Part shown: positions 1 to 9,176 of the stretch, piece by piece
How the letters are laid out: the number at the start of each line of letters is the position of its first letter
How positions within the stretch are numbered: position 1 is the stretch's first letter
DNA from: an uncultured virus (IMG/VR IMGVR_UViG_3300028241_002116)
Lineage: Duplodnaviria > Heunggongvirae > Uroviricota > Caudoviricetes
Virus record (IMG/VR): IMGVR_UViG_3300028241_002116
DNA: 64,000 nt
Direction: 5' to 3' (one strand)
The notes under the pieces: generated by a model
Databases searched by the model: none
The model's input: the letters and a program-made list of their open reading frames with translations, nothing else
What the model was told of the DNA's origin: nothing
Position numbers and translations under genes: made by a program

Positions 1-114
1 TGAGCTTTAGAATTTTCTTAAATAGATTTTAGGGGGTTTTCCCCAATTTTGGGGAAAAGGTCGCCAGCATATTTACTCAAAAATACCCTTTTTTTGAACT
101 TTCTACCCTTGTTT

Positions 115-700
115 TTATAGTAATTTGTAATTTTATCAGTTTTTCAGGGTTTTTTGTTATAAAATTACAAATTACCAAAAAGATAATTCAATAAATTCAA
201 ATAAATTCAAAATCAATTTTTGAAGTAAAAAACAGGAAATTTGTAATTTAATAAAATTGAAAAACCGACATATAAAAATAAATAACTATGAAAATTTGAA
301 AAAATCTTATATATAATATATATTTAATATATTTTAATATATATTATATATTATAATGTATAGTTTTATTCTCTTTTTGCCTTCTGTTATTAAATTACAA
401 ATTACCTGTTTTATAAATTCAATAATTCAAGGGGGTGTTTCTCTTTTTTCTGTCATTTTATTCTCTTTTCTTAATAATACCCTCTTGAATTTGAATTTAC
501 TATTTGGTAATTTGTAATTTATTAGTTAAGCCTGATTCAATCAGCACTTTTAGAAATTACCAAAAAATCAGTTTTGGAAATTTATTAAGTGGTAAAAACG
601 AGAAACTTCTGATTAAATCAGGCTTAACTCGATTTGAGTAAATTCAAATAGTAAATTCAAAGAAAATTCAAGGAAGAAAATCGGTAATTTGTAATTTTAT
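115..700. repeat. AT-rich non-coding region with iterated and inverted repeats (candidate replication origin)
   Basis: Many copies of GTAATTT/AAATTAC and AAATTCAA/TTGAATTT. Inverted pairs at 524-544/609-629 (21 bp, 1 mismatch) and 491-506/645-660 (16 bp, perfect). No ORF. Confidence 0.6.
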
Positions 701-702
701 AA

Positions 703-730
703 TTGACTTATTTTATCAATCTTGTATAAT
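703..730 (+). promoter_or_regulatory. sigma70-type promoter
   Basis: TTGACT-N16-TATAAT upstream of a GAGG RBS and ATG 753. Confidence 0.6.
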
Positions 731-752
731 CTGACACACAAGAGGTTAAGGA

Positions 753-1292
753 ATGTTTAATAAAAGCATAGAATTATATCTTGCTGGAGAAGAGCAAGGG
801 TGTAATATAATTTTTAAAAATAAATATTACTTTGCAATGTTCGCATTAAAAGATAGTGGTAAAGATACATCAGAAAATATTGAAAGTGAATCTGTTATAA
901 ACATTGATCTTGTTTCTGATTTCATCCAAAGTAGTTTTAAATCTTTTCATAAAAATAAAAAGAAACCACGATATATTACTGATGTCATTTATAATAATAA
1001 ATTATACAGTTTTATCGTTTTCTTCCAGGAGAAATTTAATACTATAGTAATGGATGAACAGAAAATTTATAAATCGGATAAATCTATAAAGATTCTGGAT
1101 TTTATAAAAGCATCAGGATTTAACGGACGGACTTTATCAGAAATAGTATTGCATGATAAATCAATTCCAAAAACTGACAGAAACAAGATGTTAAAAGATA
1201 TGGTTGACTCTGGATTATTGCTTGAAAATAAAATCGGAGAAAGTAAAAAGAAAATTACAATGTATTTCTGGAAAGAGTTTTTTAATGAATAA
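753..1292 (+). CDS. hypothetical protein, possible C-terminal winged helix
   Basis: 179-aa ORF with promoter and RBS. Confidence 0.55.
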   Translation: MFNKSIELYLAGEEQGCNIIFKNKYYFAMFALKDSGKDTSENIESESVINIDLVSDFIQSSFKSFHKNKKKPRYITDVIYNNKLYSFIVFFQEKFNTIVMDEQKIYKSDKSIKILDFIKASGFNGRTLSEIVLHDKSIPKTDRNKMLKDMVDSGLLLENKIGESKKKITMYFWKEFFNE

Positions 1293-1701
1293 CATAATCA
1301 ATATTACAATACCCGGTCAACCTATAGCAAAGCAGAGAAGCAGAAAAGGAAAATATGATAATTGGTATAATCCGCAATCCGACATAATGTTTCAAATTGA
1401 AAAAGAAATTAAAAAACAGTTACCGGAAAATTGGAAAATAATAAAATCAGATATTCCAGTTACAGTCAACATGTCTTGGTTTATTTCTCCGGCAAAAACT
1501 AAGGCTACAAAAAAATTTATTGATTTCATAAAGAACGAAGATATAATTCATGCACAGAAGCCAGATAGAGACAACCTTGATAAATTTTATCTGGATTGTA
1601 TGTCAGGTATAATATTCCATGATGACTGTCAATGCGGTGCTGGGGAACTTATTAAAATTTGGTCTGTAAATCCACGAACAGAGATAGAGGTTATATTTTG
1701 A
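1285..1701 (+). CDS. rusA: RusA-family Holliday junction resolvase
   Basis: ITIPGQPIAKQR N-terminus and KPDRDNLDKFYLDCMSGIIFHDD (KPDxDN...D...DD) motif; start moved to ATG 1285. Confidence 0.85.
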   Translation: MNNIINITIPGQPIAKQRSRKGKYDNWYNPQSDIMFQIEKEIKKQLPENWKIIKSDIPVTVNMSWFISPAKTKATKKFIDFIKNEDIIHAQKPDRDNLDKFYLDCMSGIIFHDDCQCGAGELIKIWSVNPRTEIEVIF

Positions 1702-2003
1702 AAGATAAAAATGTAAAGCGATCAAAGCAAAGTCTTAAAATTGAATTATATGAAAGAGTTATAATTCAACTTATGCAAATCATCACAGCTTCAGGTATTA
1801 AAATCCCTGGATACTTACTGCAAATTATTGAAACCTGTTTTCCTTCTCTTCCTGAAAACTTTTCAGAGACTACGGTTAAGGAAACCCGATGTGATTATTG
1901 CCGACATAAAAAGAAGTGCGTAACCGGAATGTACCGCTTTCAGTCAGGCGGTTGCGGTGACAGATTCAAGAAATCAATATTTTATTTCTGGAAGAAAGTG
2001 TAA
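1698..2003 (+). CDS. hypothetical protein with Cys cluster
   Basis: CDYC..C..C; overlaps both neighbours; TTG start inferred. Confidence 0.5.
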   Translation: MKDKNVKRSKQSLKIELYERVIIQLMQIITASGIKIPGYLLQIIETCFPSLPENFSETTVKETRCDYCRHKKKCVTGMYRFQSGGCGDRFKKSIFYFWKKV

Positions 2004-2638
2004 TGGGAAGAAAGAAAAAAGAGGATGCTCCTGTAATTAAAAAGAAAGCGAAGGAGAAGCCGAAGCCGGAAAAAAAAGAAGAGTGTGCTTTTGACAAACT
2101 CAAAATAGAACACCAAAACTTTGTGAAGGAATATGTTAGAAATTTTGCAGTTGGATACAAAGCTTACAAGTGTGTTTACCCGAATGTTAATGATGATACA
2201 GCAAGAGCCAACGCAAGCCGTCTGCTTGCAAATGCTAATGTAAAACAAGCCGTAGAAGATGAGTATAAACGGATATGGAAAGAGAAAGATTCAGAAATTG
2301 AGAAGTCAAAAACTTTTCAGATGATTCATACTCTTGGTAACTCTGATATAAGCGACATAGTAGACTTGCGTGATGGTACTCTGATTGTTAAGAGCCTTAA
2401 AGATATACCTCCAGAGGCAAGGCAGTGTATTCAGTCATTGGAATATATTAAAAAAGAGACACAACACGGCATAGACGAAAATATAAAGGTTAGATTGCAT
2501 CCTAAGCAACCAGCACTGGAATTAAGAGCTAAGATTCAGAAGATGATTGATCCGAAAGATAATGCACAGCAGTTAGAGATAACGATTAAGCCAGCGGAAC
2601 GACCGGATAAAAAGAAAGAGGAGAGTGAAGAGGACTAA
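2003..2638 (+). CDS. terS: terminase small subunit
   Basis: FVKEYV..AYKCVY..TARANASRLLANANV HTH typical of Terminase_2; lies upstream of terL. Confidence 0.85.
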   Translation: MGRKKKEDAPVIKKKAKEKPKPEKKEECAFDKLKIEHQNFVKEYVRNFAVGYKAYKCVYPNVNDDTARANASRLLANANVKQAVEDEYKRIWKEKDSEIEKSKTFQMIHTLGNSDISDIVDLRDGTLIVKSLKDIPPEARQCIQSLEYIKKETQHGIDENIKVRLHPKQPALELRAKIQKMIDPKDNAQQLEITIKPAERPDKKKEESEED

Positions 2639-2961
2639 TGTCTGACCTTGAAAAATACCTTGAAGCCTTTGAAGAGCTAATTGAAACCGACAAAGAGACT
2701 TGCGGATTCTGTAAGTGTAAACTCACGGAAGAAAACAGGTCAGCTTTTATGGTGTTATTCAAACATGAAGGTCAGCCGATATTAGTTCATCAATGTATTA
2801 TGTGCGGAGAAGTCATTGAGAGAATGGATGTTGCGAAAGAGAAAGGATATGAATTAACTGAAGAGCAAGCAAGGGAAGATATAATCAAAGAGGGTTGGAC
2901 TATTGAATGCCTGAAAGCAAGACAGGATATTTTTATAAAAGGAGAGAACGTATTACAATGA
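2638..2961 (+). CDS. zinc-finger hypothetical protein
   Basis: CGFC...CIMC. Confidence 0.55.
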   Translation: MSDLEKYLEAFEELIETDKETCGFCKCKLTEENRSAFMVLFKHEGQPILVHQCIMCGEVIERMDVAKEKGYELTEEQAREDIIKEGWTIECLKARQDIFIKGENVLQ

Positions 2962-3257
2962 AAAAGTTATTAGTGTTATGGTTTGTTTTTATTTTCTTAA
3001 TCGCTTGCGAATTACCGTGTAAAAAAAGCGGAGTGATTGAATTCAAAGGCGTTGATAAAATTGACATAGAGGCACTGTTTGATTCTCTGAAGATTAAGTC
3101 AGAGGACACAGACACGAAATATATTGAAATGTTCTGGGTTAAGATTAAAGGGATAAAAGGCAAAGTTTATATCAATCAATTCTGTTATGAGAATTATAAG
3201 ATTGACGATGAGATAAATTTTGAGGACTGCAAAGATATAAGGTTCGGGGAAGAGTAG
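2958..3257 (+). CDS. putative lipoprotein
   Basis: MKKLLVLWFVFIFLIA-C signal peptide and lipobox. Confidence 0.55.
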   Translation: MKKLLVLWFVFIFLIACELPCKKSGVIEFKGVDKIDIEALFDSLKIKSEDTDTKYIEMFWVKIKGIKGKVYINQFCYENYKIDDEINFEDCKDIRFGEE

Positions 3258-3268
3258 TTTTATAATTT

Positions 3269-4633
3269 ATGCAGATTGATTTCTCTAATTTTTATGATCT
3301 TTTATCTCCTGCTTTTTGGGATGCTTTTGAAAATAAAAGCAGAATTAAAATATATATGGGTGGAGCAGGATCAGGGAAAAGTTATACTGCTTTTCTTGAA
3401 ATGATTTATAATGTAGTTGTTGAATCATGCAATTATCTTGTAGTAAGACAAACTGCTAATAGTAATAGAACATCCACTTATGCTTTAACAAAAAGATTAA
3501 TTTCTGAATTAAAACTTTCTCCAATTTTTAAAGAAAACAAAACGGAAATGACTTTTACATGCACAATTAACGGTGCTATGATTTATTTCAGAGGGTTGGA
3601 GGATGTAGAGAGGCTTAAAAGTTTAAGTTATTCCGGTGCAAGTGGTATTCTCGAAAGAGTTATCTTTGAGGAAAGCTCAGAGGGATCTTTTGAATCTTTT
3701 TCTCAGATAAATATGAGGCTTAGAGGTAAATCAAAAAACTTTTTTCAAATAGTTTTATTGTTAAATCCTGTAAGTTCAACAAACTGGATAAAACAATTTT
3801 TTTATGATAGAGATGATTTCAAGGCGTACAAACACCACTCAACCTATAAAGATAATATTTTTCTTGATGATGAATATGTAAAAGCCCTTGAATCTTTTAG
3901 GGAAGTAGATATAAACTTTTTTAATATATACGCTCTTGGTCAATGGGGTGTAACAACTGGACTTGTTTTTAATCACTGGGAAGCTGGAGTTTTTCCTTTT
4001 GATAAAGATAATATTGATAGCTCTGAAATATTGGCAGGGTGTGACTGGGGATATAATCATCCGACCTGTTTAACACTTTCTTATATCAAAGATAATGTTT
4101 TATATACTTTTGATGAACTTGTGGCTTATGAGACAACTAATGCTGATTTTATAAAACTTGTTGAAGAGTTTAATTTTATTCCTAAAAATCAAAGAGTTGT
4201 TTATGATAATGAAGATCCAGTAAGAGGCGCAGAATTCTTAAACGCAGGGTATTCTTTTACTCCTGCAAAAAAAGGTAAAGGTTCTGTTCTCAGAACTATT
4301 GATTATATTAAAAGTTTTGATAAATGGATTATAGACAGAGATAAATGTCCACGCTTAATGCAAGAGCTTGAACAATACCACTGGAGGCTTGACAAAGACG
4401 GAAAGCCTATGGATGAACCCGTTGCTCTCGTTGATGACAGTATTGCTGCGGTAAGATATAGTATTGAACATTTAGCTATGTTGAAAGGCAAGCCAGGCGT
4501 ACTATCCGGCACACTAACCGATCAGAAAAAAGACCTGATACAGATTAAGAAAGCGGAAAGAAAAAAGAGAAAAGAAGTCATAGTCGCTCAGAGAAAGAAA
4601 AAGAGAGAATTGATCGAGGAAATAAAGAAGTAA
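3269..4633 (+). CDS. terL: terminase large subunit (PBSX-like)
   Basis: Walker A GGAGSGKS, Walker B VIFEE, LLNP motif, nuclease GCDWG and DDSIAAVRY. Confidence 0.95.
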   Translation: MQIDFSNFYDLLSPAFWDAFENKSRIKIYMGGAGSGKSYTAFLEMIYNVVVESCNYLVVRQTANSNRTSTYALTKRLISELKLSPIFKENKTEMTFTCTINGAMIYFRGLEDVERLKSLSYSGASGILERVIFEESSEGSFESFSQINMRLRGKSKNFFQIVLLLNPVSSTNWIKQFFYDRDDFKAYKHHSTYKDNIFLDDEYVKALESFREVDINFFNIYALGQWGVTTGLVFNHWEAGVFPFDKDNIDSSEILAGCDWGYNHPTCLTLSYIKDNVLYTFDELVAYETTNADFIKLVEEFNFIPKNQRVVYDNEDPVRGAEFLNAGYSFTPAKKGKGSVLRTIDYIKSFDKWIIDRDKCPRLMQELEQYHWRLDKDGKPMDEPVALVDDSIAAVRYSIEHLAMLKGKPGVLSGTLTDQKKDLIQIKKAERKKRKEVIVAQRKKKRELIEEIKK

Positions 4634-4661
4634 AAATTGCCGGTCTGTTTCAACCGATGCT

Positions 4662-5063
4662 TTATAATGGTTTTACTCCGTAAATATTTAAGCATTTTTG
4701 ACGTATTGAATTTATTTGTTCAAGACATGAAGATTTAAACACGGGCTTATTATTATACTTTTCCTGAAGACGTTCAATCTTGTCATAATCATCGGAAAAA
4801 GATTTAATCATATCAATACACTCCTGTTTTGTTTTGCAGAAAAAATCCCATCTCTCCTCACCTGTTTTTTGAAAATAATTTTCAGCAGATTTAAAACCGC
4901 AAATCTCGTCTTCGACGCAGAGAAAGAATCTTGCTTTGGAAGATGAAAGCATATTATGTGCTTCTTTTGTGACTTCACAAACATCAAATTTAACACCATT
5001 AACAAAATCGGTATGAATGGACGGTGCAACTGTGTTTGAAGGATAAGTTAATGTTGTTTTCAT
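4662..5063 (-). CDS. hypothetical early protein
   Basis: Own promoter (TTGACA at 5122-5117 on the minus strand) and GAGG RBS. Confidence 0.6.
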   Translation of the reverse strand: MKTTLTYPSNTVAPSIHTDFVNGVKFDVCEVTKEAHNMLSSSKARFFLCVEDEICGFKSAENYFQKTGEERWDFFCKTKQECIDMIKSFSDDYDKIERLQEKYNNKPVFKSSCLEQINSIRQKCLNIYGVKPL

Positions 5064-5238
5064 CCGTATTACCTCTCTTTCCTTTATGTTTTATATATAA
5101 TACTTCTCGACATTTCTGTCAACAAAAAAAGTAAAAAATATTCACTTTTTTTATTTTTATATTTTTTATCCAGCAAGTGAAAAAAATTGTTGACTTTAAG
5201 TTGCGTATGGTTTTTTATTTGTTTCAGGAGAGAAAAAG

Positions 5239-5691
5239 TTGATGGAAAAGTATAAAATTATCGAAGATGAATTTATTGATTTTTATGGTCGAAAACTTTA
5301 TAGAATTGTTCGTATTGTTGATAATGTAAAAGGTGGGTTTATCGAGTCGATAAAAAATCTATCACAAGACGGCAATGCGTGGGTTTACGGCAATGCGGAA
5401 GTTTACGGCAATGCGAAAGTTTCCGGCAATGCGAAAGTTTACGGCAATGCGAAAGTTTCCGGTGATGCAATAATAAAAAATATAAAAATTGAAAAAACTG
5501 TAGATTATATTATTTATGGGCCAATAGGTTCGAGAGACGCTTTTGTTACAATTTGCAAGGAACAGAATAAAATTTTAACAGGCTGTTTTTGTGGAGATAA
5601 AAAAGAATTTTTAGAAGCGGTTCAAAAAACTCATAGTGATAATAAACATGCTCAGGATTATATAAAACTGATTGATTTTATTTTTAATTAA
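5239..5691 (+). CDS. hexapeptide-repeat (GNAKVY) beta-helix phage protein
   Basis: KGGFIESIKNLSQDGNAWVYGNAEVYGNAKV and TGCFCG, a common phage family. Confidence 0.75.
   Translation: MMEKYKIIEDEFIDFYGRKLYRIVRIVDNVKGGFIESIKNLSQDGNAWVYGNAEVYGNAKVSGNAKVYGNAKVSGDAIIKNIKIEKTVDYIIYGPIGSRDAFVTICKEQNKILTGCFCGDKKEFLEAVQKTHSDNKHAQDYIKLIDFIFN
5371..5460 (+). repeat. five 18-bp tandem coding repeats
   Basis: Units close to GGCAATGCGAAAGTTT(A/C)C. Confidence 0.9.
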
Positions 5692-5716
5692 AAACTTAAC
5701 AAAAGGAGGTTTATTT

Positions 5717-5884
5717 TTGTCAAAAGCAACTCACAGACTCGGACAGGTTCAGGCGAAGATTAAGGCTTACACATCTGCACTTGCTGAATTTAAGGCTGAA
5801 GAGAAAAGCCTTAAAGATCAGATTAAAGCAGAGGAAAAAGCAGCAAAAGCAGGAATCAAGGGAAAAACACAGGTTAAGAAGTAG
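5717..5884 (+). CDS. small basic coiled-coil protein
   Basis: AGGAGG RBS before TTG 5717; Lys/Ala rich. Confidence 0.55.
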   Translation: MSKATHRLGQVQAKIKAYTSALAEFKAEEKSLKDQIKAEEKAAKAGIKGKTQVKK

Positions 5885-5967
5885 ATTCAAGTAATAAAAC
5901 AAGAGGGAATATCCTTTTAAACGCAGGATATTTTAAACGATACGGCTTAATAGTACGCCCTCATCAT

Positions 5968-6088
5968 GTCAGAGTGGCGGAATTGGTAGACGCACCATGT
6001 AAATTAACATTTGGCAGTGTTATGAGGGCAGAAGTCAGCCAAGATAGACTCTATGGTAGCCGTACAGGTTCAAGTCCTGTCTCTGACA
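5968..6088 (+). tRNA. tRNA-like gene with enlarged anticodon region (identity unassignable)
   Basis: Acceptor GTCAGAG/CTCTGAC, D arm GCG-GAATTGGTAGA-CGC, T arm ACAGG-TTCAAGT-CCTGT, anticodon stem CCATG/TATGG enclosing 52 nt. Confidence 0.7.
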
Positions 6089-6116
6089 AAATGTGCTATT
6101 CTATAGCAAATAAAAT

Positions 6117-6268
6117 CCCACCGCAACCGGATTAAGCGGAAAGGGCTTTGGAAAGCGATTCTGAAGGGTTGTCACGACCTTAACTATCGCAGTGTTGAAT
6201 CGGGTGAACGCCAGGGGCAAGCCGGTAGAGGAGGTTGAAGGAGATTAGCTATCAAATTCAACCTCCTC
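6117..6268 (+). ncRNA. putative structured non-coding RNA
   Basis: GC-rich intergenic stretch with stems CCGC/GCGG, GCGAT/ATCGC, GGTTG/CGACC and a perfect 12-bp stem 6228-6239/6257-6268. Confidence 0.45.
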
Positions 6269-6298
6269 GATTATAAATTTTGAAGAAGGAAAACAAAA

Positions 6299-6583
6299 AT
6301 GTCAGACCGAAAAATAAATCCGCTTTCAGAAGCTATAAGGTTGCTAAGAGTTTATTCCGATATATCTCAGGGTGATATGGCTGAGAAGCTTGGAATAAGA
6401 AACACTATGCTTTCAGAAATGGAACACGGACGCAGGACTATTACCGTCAATACTCTTCAGCAGTATTCCGATTTGTTTAATATAAAAATATCCACTATCC
6501 AGGCTTTTGCGGAAGAGATAAAGAGAAACAAAAACCTGAAGAAAGAGATATTTAATGAAATTATGAAAGTTGTGGTAGGGTGA
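6299..6583 (+). CDS. XRE-family HTH regulator
   Basis: ISQGDMAEKLGIRNTMLSEMEHGRR. Confidence 0.85.
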   Translation: MSDRKINPLSEAIRLLRVYSDISQGDMAEKLGIRNTMLSEMEHGRRTITVNTLQQYSDLFNIKISTIQAFAEEIKRNKNLKKEIFNEIMKVVVG

Positions 6584-6852
6584 AAATGATTCGTAATAAT
6601 TTTACTGTTCCTAACTTACCTCCAAAGCCTTCTGTTCCAGAAATAAAAGACAATATAAATCATCCCTCTCATTATACTTACGGCAAAATGGAAGTCATAG
6701 AGGTTATTGATGCGTTCGATTGTAATTTTGAGCAGGGGAACATAATTAAATATGTTTTGAGGTATAAGCATAAAAACGGTATTGAAGATCTTAAAAAGGC
6801 TCAATGGTATCTTGACCACTTAATACAAAAGGAAATAAAAAATGAAAGTTGA
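6580..6852 (+). CDS. DUF3310 family protein
   Basis: NHPSHYT..EVIEVI..GNIIKYVLRYKHKNGIEDLKKAQWYL. Confidence 0.9.
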   Translation: MKMIRNNFTVPNLPPKPSVPEIKDNINHPSHYTYGKMEVIEVIDAFDCNFEQGNIIKYVLRYKHKNGIEDLKKAQWYLDHLIQKEIKNES

Positions 6853-7426
6853 ATTACTCTCGATTACTCCAGACGCAGAAAAACTTATAGAAGAAGCAGG
6901 GAGAACATGTTATCAGTCAAAAATCGGAGATCCGACAATTATTCAGCGTTGGATTAAATCAGGACATCACTCAATGCTTGAACATGCCTCCGCTACATTC
7001 CGTGTCTCAGAGGTTTCCAGAGCATTAACTCACCAATTAGTCAGGCATAGAATTGGATTTTCATATTCTCAGCAATCACAACGGTATGTCAAAGAAGATG
7101 GTTTCGGTTTTGTTATACCGGATTCAATTAAAAATAATGAAGATGCTAATCCGTTTTTTGAAGAAATTATGGATATGCTTCAGATGGCTTACAATGATCT
7201 TGTGCAAATGGGTATTCCTAAAGAGGATGCACGTTTTGTACTTCCAAACGCCTGTTATACAGAAATAGTCGTAACCATGAATTTCAGAGCAGCGAGAAAC
7301 TTTTTTAATCTCAGGCTTGATAAGACTGCTCAGTGGGAAATCAGGCAGATGGCTAATTTAATGCTTGATATTCTGAAAAACCATGCTCCAAATTGTTTTT
7401 ATGATTTCGCAGGAGAAACTAAATGA
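6842..7426 (+). CDS. thyX: flavin-dependent thymidylate synthase
   Basis: HHSMLEH, HQLVRHR..SYSQQSQRYV, EDARFVLP, AQWEIR. Confidence 0.97.
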   Translation: MKVELLSITPDAEKLIEEAGRTCYQSKIGDPTIIQRWIKSGHHSMLEHASATFRVSEVSRALTHQLVRHRIGFSYSQQSQRYVKEDGFGFVIPDSIKNNEDANPFFEEIMDMLQMAYNDLVQMGIPKEDARFVLPNACYTEIVVTMNFRAARNFFNLRLDKTAQWEIRQMANLMLDILKNHAPNCFYDFAGETK

Positions 7427-7782
7427 GCAAAAAATATACTAAACTCGGTCGCTATACTGTTTTCTGGGATGAGATTTATTTTATAGCTTATGCTGGAGGT
7501 AAAAGAGAACTCCCTGAAAAAGATCAGAAAGAATATGACAGGATAGCTAAAGGCTCAATGCCTGATGTGCTGAAGACAGTGGAGATTAAAAAGCTCGGCA
7601 ATGAGAAAAATCCTAACCTGATTCCGATTAAAGGGATTGACTTATTGTCAATTATCAAAGAGGCTAATTATATGCCGTTCTTTGATAAGTTTTTTGACAT
7701 ATCTAAAACTCTTCAGGTGAACAATGCAATTATATATGAGTCAATGCGTCAGAAATCTTATGAAATTGCGATGGGGATCTAA
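7423..7782 (+). CDS. hypothetical protein
   Basis: Coupled ORF with RBS. Confidence 0.55.
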   Translation: MSKKYTKLGRYTVFWDEIYFIAYAGGKRELPEKDQKEYDRIAKGSMPDVLKTVEIKKLGNEKNPNLIPIKGIDLLSIIKEANYMPFFDKFFDISKTLQVNNAIIYESMRQKSYEIAMGI

Positions 7783-7785
7783 ACA

Positions 7786-8049
7786 TTGAAGAGACATAAG
7801 CCTGTAACAGCTTTTGAAGAGCATCCGGCAAGTGAGGAAAGCAGAGTTAAAAACATTGCGTTGATTGCAGAATTCGAGGAACAGTTTTGTCTGAATTGTC
7901 AGAAGCAGAACAGAGATTTAACTAATGTTCAAAACACTGCATTATTCGTAGCTGGATCAATTACAAGGCTGTTATGGCCTCCACGAACTCATTACGCAGA
8001 TTACATAAAAAGGGTAAGTCAAAATATGTATGTCCAGGTAAAGAAATGA
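7786..8049 (+). CDS. hypothetical protein
   Basis: ORF within the operon. Confidence 0.45.
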   Translation: MKRHKPVTAFEEHPASEESRVKNIALIAEFEEQFCLNCQKQNRDLTNVQNTALFVAGSITRLLWPPRTHYADYIKRVSQNMYVQVKK

Positions 8050-8366
8050 ATAATATAAAATACACTTTCTCTACGATTATAGATTATATTTATTGCCTTT
8101 TTCACAGGGAGAGAGAAAATCTTTGTTTTACTTGTGAGCAATATAAAAGTTATCCAGTCTGTGAATCTACGAAATGGCGATTTTATCCTAAACAGGATAT
8201 TGTTTTAAAATGCAACGGATATAAAAGACAAGAGAGTTTATGTCTCAGTTGCAGAGATAAATATTTACAGAGCTTAGGCAAGTGTTTTAATAAGTCTACA
8301 ACAACAATTCAGGGAGTAGGAATTGTTCATTGCAGTGGATATAAGAAAATAAATAAGGGAGCGTAA
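8046..8366 (+). CDS. Cys-rich hypothetical protein with an internal duplication
   Basis: Two LCxxC...C...CxGYK units. Confidence 0.55.
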   Translation: MNNIKYTFSTIIDYIYCLFHRERENLCFTCEQYKSYPVCESTKWRFYPKQDIVLKCNGYKRQESLCLSCRDKYLQSLGKCFNKSTTTIQGVGIVHCSGYKKINKGA

Positions 8367-8369
8367 TAA

Positions 8370-8555
8370 ATGGGTTTACTCGGATTTATAAAAGATGTTG
8401 TGTTATTGCCTGTCGATGTGGTTATGGATGTAACAATGATAACACCGTCAGCAAGAATAATGAATGATACAGACCACGAAACACCGTTCGGAACTTTTGA
8501 CAGGTTAAGCTCAATGGTTAAAAATCTTGATGATACAAAAGATAACAGGAGATAG
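8370..8555 (+). CDS. small hypothetical protein
   Basis: GGAG RBS, 61 aa. Confidence 0.55.
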   Translation: MGLLGFIKDVVLLPVDVVMDVTMITPSARIMNDTDHETPFGTFDRLSSMVKNLDDTKDNRR

Positions 8556-8556
8556 T

Positions 8557-8826
8557 ATGCCAAAAAAGATTAAAGAAATCAAAGGGGAGATGCTGGAAAT
8601 AAAAGAACAGGAGATATTTCCGGTTTGTGCTGAATGTAGATATGTTTTTACAAAGGTTGAGAAAGGTTTTTTTAAAAAAACTAAATACGCAGGATGTTCT
8701 GCACAAGCTTATAGATTTGTTGAAGAGGTCTATAACTCAGAAAACTGTAAAGGTATTTACAGGCAACAATTACAAATGCCTTTGATTGAGGTTAAATTTA
8801 ACGATAAAGGAGAATTGGAAGCATGA
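8557..8826 (+). CDS. Cys-containing hypothetical protein
   Basis: CAEC..C..C; AGGAG RBS. Confidence 0.5.
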   Translation: MPKKIKEIKGEMLEIKEQEIFPVCAECRYVFTKVEKGFFKKTKYAGCSAQAYRFVEEVYNSENCKGIYRQQLQMPLIEVKFNDKGELEA

Positions 8827-9176
8827 AATTTCAGGAAGCTTTTGATAAGGTCGCAGAAAATTATGACAAAATTAAATCTCAGAATCCGGGATTTGACGGT
8901 CAGATTACAATTGAAGGGCTTAAATCTGCAATATTCGCATGGAATGTGGTAGCTCTGGCATTAGCAGAAAAAGGGCTTGACGATTTTATTTATCTTGATA
9001 ATAACGATATAAAGTCTATTTCTCTCAAGGGGAAAGTTTCTAAAGATGAACCAATACCAGATTCACCTGAACCGGAAAATAAAAAAAGGAGAGGCAGAAG
9101 TCCTCAGTCAGAGACAGCTACAGATGAAACTGTAAATGTCAAAGAAAAACAAGAACAAGAATCTCCAACCGAATAA
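8823..9176 (+). CDS. hypothetical protein preceding portal
   Basis: ATGA overlap with the upstream gene. Confidence 0.55.
   Translation: MKFQEAFDKVAENYDKIKSQNPGFDGQITIEGLKSAIFAWNVVALALAEKGLDDFIYLDNNDIKSISLKGKVSKDEPIPDSPEPENKKRRGRSPQSETATDETVNVKEKQEQESPTE

Noticed and set aside
5371..5460. 18-bp tandem repeats as a CRISPR array
   Set aside because: No spacers; they are in-frame hexapeptide coding repeats
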